This document shows positions 7,865 to 12,130 of a stretch of 12,130 nucleotides of DNA, one piece after another (the stretch's first letter is position 1; every line of letters starts with the position of its first letter). Location: the NCBI GenBank assembly GCA_052386995.1, contig JBQTJP010000229.1:1-12130 (forward strand), written 5' to 3'. The position numbers and the translations under genes are program-made. The notes below the pieces were generated by a model. The model had not been told where the DNA came from. It worked only from the letters and a program-made list of their open reading frames with translations, and made no database searches. This stretch comes from Armatimonadota bacterium. Lineage in GTDB: Bacteria > Sysuimicrobiota > Sysuimicrobiia > Sysuimicrobiales > Humicultoraceae.

Positions 7865-7894
7865 TTACTGCTGCTGGTAGTAGGCGATCTTCAT
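7865..7894 (-). other. Putative 9-aa mini-ORF MKIAYYQQQ* (coupled peptide or relic of a deleted gene)
   Basis: ATG 7894-7892 overlaps the M42 TGA (ATGA overlap); TAA at 7867-7865 lies 3 nt before the GTG of paralog A. Confidence 0.4.
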
Positions 7895-8960
7895 GCGGCG
7901 TCCGGAGGCGTTGTCAGGAATGCCATGAGGAGGGCCACGGATTGCTCAAGATCACGCAGGTGCACCATCTCGAAGGGGCTGTGCGTGTATCGGGTGCCAT
8001 AGGCCAGCAGCGCGGTGGGGATGCCCGAACGGACGAAGGCCACGCCGTCGCTCGTATAGCGGCTGAAGACGAGGGGCTGGGTGGGAATCCGTTCGCGGTC
8101 GGCGATTCGCTGCAGCCCGCCGAGGAGACGCCGGCTGTAGTGCACGAAGTTGTCCTTGATGCCCAGAATGGGTCCTCCGCCCAGGCGCGCGGGAAACCGC
8201 TCGGTCGGCACCGACGGGATGTCCGCGACCAGCCCGACATCGAGGGCGATGGCTCCTTCATAGTCCGCGGCCACGGACGCGGCGCCCGTGAGCCCCACTT
8301 CTTCCTGCACCGTCGAGACGAGGGAGAGATCGTACGCCAGGCTCTTGCGGTCAACGCGCCGCGCGACCTCGCTCATGATCGCCAGGGCTGCTCGATCGTC
8401 CATCGCCTTGCCGACGATGAGCTCACCCAGCCGGCGCGTGCGGACATCAAAGATCACCGGCGCCCCGATGGTGACTCCGGCCGCCGCAACCGCATGGCGC
8501 GTCGGCAGGCCGAGATCGACGAAGACCTCATTCCAGTCGAGGCGGTCGCGCAGACGCTCTTCGACCGTCCGCACGTGGCCGCTGGCGCGCGCGAGCACAC
8601 CGGGAACCGCGCCATCCCGCCCGAGGACCGCCACCGCCTGCCCGATCGCGAGTGGATTGGGGAGCGGGTTGGACTGTTCGCCCTGGCCGGTCGAGAGTAG
8701 CAGAAACCCGGTGTCGGTGATCGCGCGGACGAGGAGGCAGATCTCATCGGCGTGTCCGGCCAGAAGCATCTTCGATCCCCGGCCGCCGATATGCGCGTGC
8801 AGGTTGCCCACCGGCGTCGTCCACATCTCGAGCGCCTGCGGTCCCCACAGGTCGCGCAGCGCGGCCTGCACCGGTTCCTCCATCCCGGTCGGACCCGGAA
8901 GCTCGGTCAACTGCTTGAGAAGCTCAAACACCCCGGCACCTCGGTGCGAAAGATCGCCTA
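7881..8960. repeat. 11-bp perfect inverted repeat pair TAGGCGATCTT (7881-7891) / AAGATCGCCTA (8950-8960) flanking the M42 gene
   Basis: Exact reverse complements, one in each short spacer either side of the peptidase gene; function unproven. Confidence 0.5.
7891..8931 (-). CDS. M42 family metallo-aminopeptidase (TET/FrvX-like), 346 aa
   Basis: Likely start GTG 8931 (MFELLKQLTELPGPTGMEEPV) with GAGGT upstream; the rest of ORF 7891..9693 is a spurious extension over the permease. Metal/catalytic motifs: GHADEI, KAMDDR, QEEVG, LDVG, RYTHS. Confidence 0.93.
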   Translation of the reverse strand: MFELLKQLTELPGPTGMEEPVQAALRDLWGPQALEMWTTPVGNLHAHIGGRGSKMLLAGHADEICLLVRAITDTGFLLLSTGQGEQSNPLPNPLAIGQAVAVLGRDGAVPGVLARASGHVRTVEERLRDRLDWNEVFVDLGLPTRHAVAAAGVTIGAPVIFDVRTRRLGELIVGKAMDDRAALAIMSEVARRVDRKSLAYDLSLVSTVQEEVGLTGAASVAADYEGAIALDVGLVADIPSVPTERFPARLGGGPILGIKDNFVHYSRRLLGGLQRIADRERIPTQPLVFSRYTSDGVAFVRSGIPTALLAYGTRYTHSPFEMVHLRDLEQSVALLMAFLTTPPDAA

Positions 8961-9863
8961 GACCTGCATGCGCGGATCGAGCACGTCCCGAATGCCGTCC
9001 CCCAGCAGGTTGCCCGCCATGACGGTCAGGAAGATGGCCAGCCCCGGGGCAAAACTGATCCACCAGGCGAGCGCCAGAAACCCCCGGCCCTGGCTGAGCA
9101 TCAGGCCCCACTCCGGTGCCGGCGCCTGCGCGCCCAATCCCAAAAAGGAGAGGCTGGACCCGAAGATGATCGCGGTCCCGACCCGCAGCGTGGCGATGAC
9201 GATATTCGGGGTGATGATGTTCGGCAGCAGGTGGCGGCCGAGAATGACTCGCTCCGACGCCCCCAGGGCCCGGGCCGCTTCGACGTAGAGGTTTTGCTTC
9301 GCGGCCAGCACCTCGCCGCGCGTCACCCGCGCGAAGAGCGGGATGCCGGCGATCCCCACGGCAATCATCGCCTTCGTGAGGCCGACCCCGAGCGCGAAGA
9401 CTGCCAGCATCGCGAGGAGCAGGCCGGGAAACGCCAGCAAGACGTCGACCAGGCGCATCAGCACCTCGTCGACCGAGCGGCCGAAGTATCCCGCGACCAC
9501 GCCGATGGCGACGCCGGCGACCAGCGAGATCGTGACCGAGATCAGGCCCAGCAGCAGGGAGATCCGTCCACCGACCAGCACGCGGCTCAGGAGGTCGCGA
9601 CCCAGGGTGTCGGTGCCCAGCACGTGTTTTGCGCTGGGGGGTGCCATGATCCCGCCCGGATCGATCGCGAGCGGATCGTAGGGAGCAATCCATGGGGCCA
9701 GCGCCGCCAGCGTCGCAATCGTCAGCAGCATGGCGCCGCCGAGCGCCAGGCCGCGATGCCTGATCATGCGCCGGAGCAGATGGCGCCGTGAGGACCGGGG
9801 TCTTTGGAGGATCTCGGCAGGCGCAGCGAGCGCGGCGTCCTGCGTCGTCACCGTTCCCCTCAT
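8958..9863 (-). CDS. dppC: Peptide/nickel ABC transporter permease, DppC/OppC-like, 301 aa
   Basis: APWIAPYDP, HVLGTDTLGRDLLSRVLVGGRISL, EAA loop YVEAARALGAS, HLLPN, SLSFLGLG, PEWGLML, NLLGDGIRDVLDPR. ATGA overlap with the upstream permease stop; alternative GTG start at 9851. Confidence 0.93.
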   Translation of the reverse strand: MRGTVTTQDAALAAPAEILQRPRSSRRHLLRRMIRHRGLALGGAMLLTIATLAALAPWIAPYDPLAIDPGGIMAPPSAKHVLGTDTLGRDLLSRVLVGGRISLLLGLISVTISLVAGVAIGVVAGYFGRSVDEVLMRLVDVLLAFPGLLLAMLAVFALGVGLTKAMIAVGIAGIPLFARVTRGEVLAAKQNLYVEAARALGASERVILGRHLLPNIITPNIVIATLRVGTAIIFGSSLSFLGLGAQAPAPEWGLMLSQGRGFLALAWWISFAPGLAIFLTVMAGNLLGDGIRDVLDPRMQV

Positions 9864-10783
9864 GCGTAGCGGATGCGCGGATCGATCCAGCCGTAGGCGA
9901 CGTCGACCACCAGGTTGACCAGCACGAAGGCGAGCGCGGCGATCATGACCGCGCCCTGCACCATGGGAAAGTCCTGAGATCGTATGGCGTCGGCGGCCAG
10001 GAAGCCGATGCCCTGGCGTGCGAACACCGTCTCGACGATGACCGCCCCGCCGAGCAACGCCCCGAACTGCAGTCCCACGATCGTCACGATCGAGATCAAC
10101 GCATTGCGCAGCGCGTGCCGCACGATGACCACCCGCCGGGCCAACCCTTTCGCCCGCGCGGTCCTGACGTACTCCTGCCCGAGCACCTCGAGGAGACTGC
10201 TGCGCGTGACGCGGGCAATGATGGCCGCGCCCGAGAACCCCAGGGCAAAGGCCGGCAGGATCAGCGCGCGCAGCCCGCCGGTGCCGGCGGCGGGCAGCCA
10301 GCCCAGTCTGAGGCTGAACAAGAAAATCAACAGCAGTCCAGACCAGAAGATCGGCATCGACACGCCGACCAGCGAGACGACCATCGTGACCGTATCGATC
10401 CAGCTCCCGTTGCGCACGGCCGCCACGATACCCAGGATGAGCCCGATGACGACCGCGACCAGCAGGGAGGCAAGGGTCAACTCGAGCGTGGCCGGCAGTT
10501 GCGCGGCGATCGCATGGGTCACGGGAATCCGCAGGCGAATGGAGCGGCCGAGGTCGCCCCGCACCGCCCGGGACAGAAAGGTCCCGTATTGTGCCAGAAA
10601 CGGTTTGTCGAGTCCAAACTCATGCCGGAGACGCACGATGTCCTTCGCCGAGGCGCCGGTTTCGGCCAGCATCGAGTCGATGGCATCGCCGGGAACGACG
10701 TAGAGGGCCCCAAAAACACAGAATGAGACCCCAAACAGGATCGGCGCAAGCAGGACCAGTCGCCGTGCGACGAACGCGGCTAT
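9860..10783 (-). CDS. dppB: Peptide/nickel ABC transporter permease, DppB/OppB-like, about 307 aa; ATA at the expected start position
   Basis: The track ORF begins at internal ATG 10672, but the frame continues upstream as (I)AAFVARRLVLLAPILFGVSFCVFGALYVVPGDAIDSM from ATA 10783, 6 nt after SD GGAGG (10794-10790). Motifs: GLDKP, GDLGRS, LPATLEL, SMPIFW, YVRTARAKGL, HALRNAL, VETVF, DPRIR. Confidence 0.9.
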   Translation of the reverse strand: MAAFVARRLVLLAPILFGVSFCVFGALYVVPGDAIDSMLAETGASAKDIVRLRHEFGLDKPFLAQYGTFLSRAVRGDLGRSIRLRIPVTHAIAAQLPATLELTLASLLVAVVIGLILGIVAAVRNGSWIDTVTMVVSLVGVSMPIFWSGLLLIFLFSLRLGWLPAAGTGGLRALILPAFALGFSGAAIIARVTRSSLLEVLGQEYVRTARAKGLARRVVIVRHALRNALISIVTIVGLQFGALLGGAVIVETVFARQGIGFLAADAIRSQDFPMVQGAVMIAALAFVLVNLVVDVAYGWIDPRIRYA

Positions 10784-10807
10784 GAAGCGCCTCCGCTCCC
10801 TGCCTCG

Positions 10808-12130
10808 CTACCGGACATGCGTGTCGTAAAAGTACGGGTACTCGCCGAGCACGGGATACATGGTGACGTTTCCAATCGTGCTCTTGAAGGCGGAGATCTG
10901 GTGCTGATACACGATCGGAATGACAAACGCCTGGTCCATCATCCGTTTCTGGGCCTCTTCGTAGATCTGCTTGCGCTTCGCCGCGTCGGGCTCCGTCTCG
11001 CCGCGCTCGAGGAGCTGGTCGATCTGAGGATCCTTCTGATGATAGAAATTCCAGCCGCCGCCGGAGTTCTCCGAGTGGAACAGCGTTCTCAAGAATCCCG
11101 GATCGAGAAAGATGAACGTGAGATGCGCGAGGTTGTGATCGCCGCGCTGACGGGCCCGATGAATGGCGCCGGTATCGAGCTCGCGAATCGTCAGTTCCAC
11201 GCCGATCGCGCGTAGATTGGCGCCCATCCACTCCATCGTCCGGGTCGTCTCGAAGCTGGGGAATCCGATGTACACGAGCGAGGCACGCACGCCGCCTTTC
11301 GCGCGGATGCCATCCGCTCCCCGACGCCACCCGGCTTCCTCGAGGAGCTGTTCGGCCTTCCCGGGGCCGGGCGGGTACATCTTCGCGCTGTTCAGGAACA
11401 TCGGGTTCGGCGACGAGAGCATCGAGCCTCGATGGGGGAACCACTGTGAGAAGTACGCGATGCGCGCGGCTTCGTCGACGTTTATCATGTGCTCCAGCGC
11501 GCGGCGCATGGCCAGGTCGTCGGTGGGAGGCCGGCGACCGTTCACGACCAGGATCACCCCGGTTCCCGGCAGCACGGAATTGACGACAACCCATCGTTTG
11601 TCCACGCGAAGGACGGCGGCATTCTGCGGGGGCACGCGGCCGATCCCCTCGACCTGCCCGCTCTCCAGGGCTGCGACGCGCGAGCCGTCCTCGGGAATGA
11701 TCCGAAACGTCACCTGCTCGAGGTAGGCCGGGCCCGTGTGCTTCGCCCAGGGCGGCCCCCAATTGTACTTTGGATTGCGCACGAGCACGATGCGATCGCG
11801 CCGGGCCCACTCCTTGAACATGAACGGCCCGGTCCCCACAGGGTTGCGGACGTAGTCGGCGCCAAACTTCTGTATCGCCGCCGGGGACTGAATGCCGAGG
11901 GTGACGTCGGTCAAGTTGACCAGAAAGCCGGGGTGCGGGCGCTTGAACGACACGCGGACCGTCTGCGGATCGGCGACATCGGTGCGCTCGTACTCACCCA
12001 ACAGGCCGATCGCGCTGGTGCTCTTCGTGTCCGGGGCCACGATGCGGTCAAAGTTGAACTTCACCGCCCGGGCATCGAACGGGGTGCCGTCGTGGAACTC
12101 CACGCCGCGGCGGAGCTTGAACGTATAGAC
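10808..12130 (-). CDS. ABC transporter substrate-binding protein, family 5 (DppA/OppA/NikA-like); 5' end beyond the right edge
   Basis: Open from base 12130: VYTFKLRRGVEFHDGTPFDARAVKFNFDR, NPVGTGPFMFKEW, IVLVRNPKYNWG, RVAALESGQV, AEQLLEEAGW, DPQIDQLLE...RKQIYEEAQ; TAG at 10810-10808. Confidence 0.95.
   Translation of the reverse strand, partial: VYTFKLRRGVEFHDGTPFDARAVKFNFDRIVAPDTKSTSAIGLLGEYERTDVADPQTVRVSFKRPHPGFLVNLTDVTLGIQSPAAIQKFGADYVRNPVGTGPFMFKEWARRDRIVLVRNPKYNWGPPWAKHTGPAYLEQVTFRIIPEDGSRVAALESGQVEGIGRVPPQNAAVLRVDKRWVVVNSVLPGTGVILVVNGRRPPTDDLAMRRALEHMINVDEAARIAYFSQWFPHRGSMLSSPNPMFLNSAKMYPPGPGKAEQLLEEAGWRRGADGIRAKGGVRASLVYIGFPSFETTRTMEWMGANLRAIGVELTIRELDTGAIHRARQRGDHNLAHLTFIFLDPGFLRTLFHSENSGGGWNFYHQKDPQIDQLLERGETEPDAAKRKQIYEEAQKRMMDQAFVIPIVYQHQISAFKSTIGNVTMYPVLGEYPYFYDTHVR

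Noticed and set aside
8932..9693. Apparent ~250-aa N-terminal extension on the M42 peptidase (600-aa ORF)
   Set aside because: It overlaps dppC in another frame and is low-complexity; M42 homology and an SD begin at GTG 8931.
10781..10810. The binding-protein TAG is in frame with dppB, so readthrough would give an SBP-permease fusion that bypasses the ATA start
   Set aside because: A one-in-three chance of being in frame; the 24-nt linker carries a well-spaced GGAGG SD, indicating independent initiation.

Overview
High-GC bacterial DNA encoding a putative import-and-hydrolysis gene cluster, mostly on the minus strand. In minus-strand order from the right edge: a family-5 (Dpp/Opp/Nik-type) substrate-binding protein (cut by the window edge), two ABC permeases with no ATPase gene in view, an M42 aminopeptidase and two tandem chlorohydrolase/deaminase-like amidohydrolase paralogs. 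A plus-strand pair follows (DAO-family FAD oxidoreductase, extended SDR epimerase/dehydratase), then a divergent minus-strand unit (isochorismatase-family cysteine hydrolase, a divergent amidohydrolase, and a third chlorohydrolase-like paralog running off the left edge and missing from the ORF track). Manual reading shows features the ORF track hides. Both tandem amidohydrolases are broken by frameshifting internal deletions that are almost exactly complementary, and one also has an in-frame TAG. The first permease has ATA where its start codon should be. A 9-aa coupled mini-ORF bridges two genes, an 11-bp inverted repeat brackets the M42 gene, and a perfect 20-bp palindrome with a degenerate partner lies between the two broken paralogs. 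No RNA genes, CRISPR arrays or transposases are evident. Family assignments come from motif recognition, not database searches.
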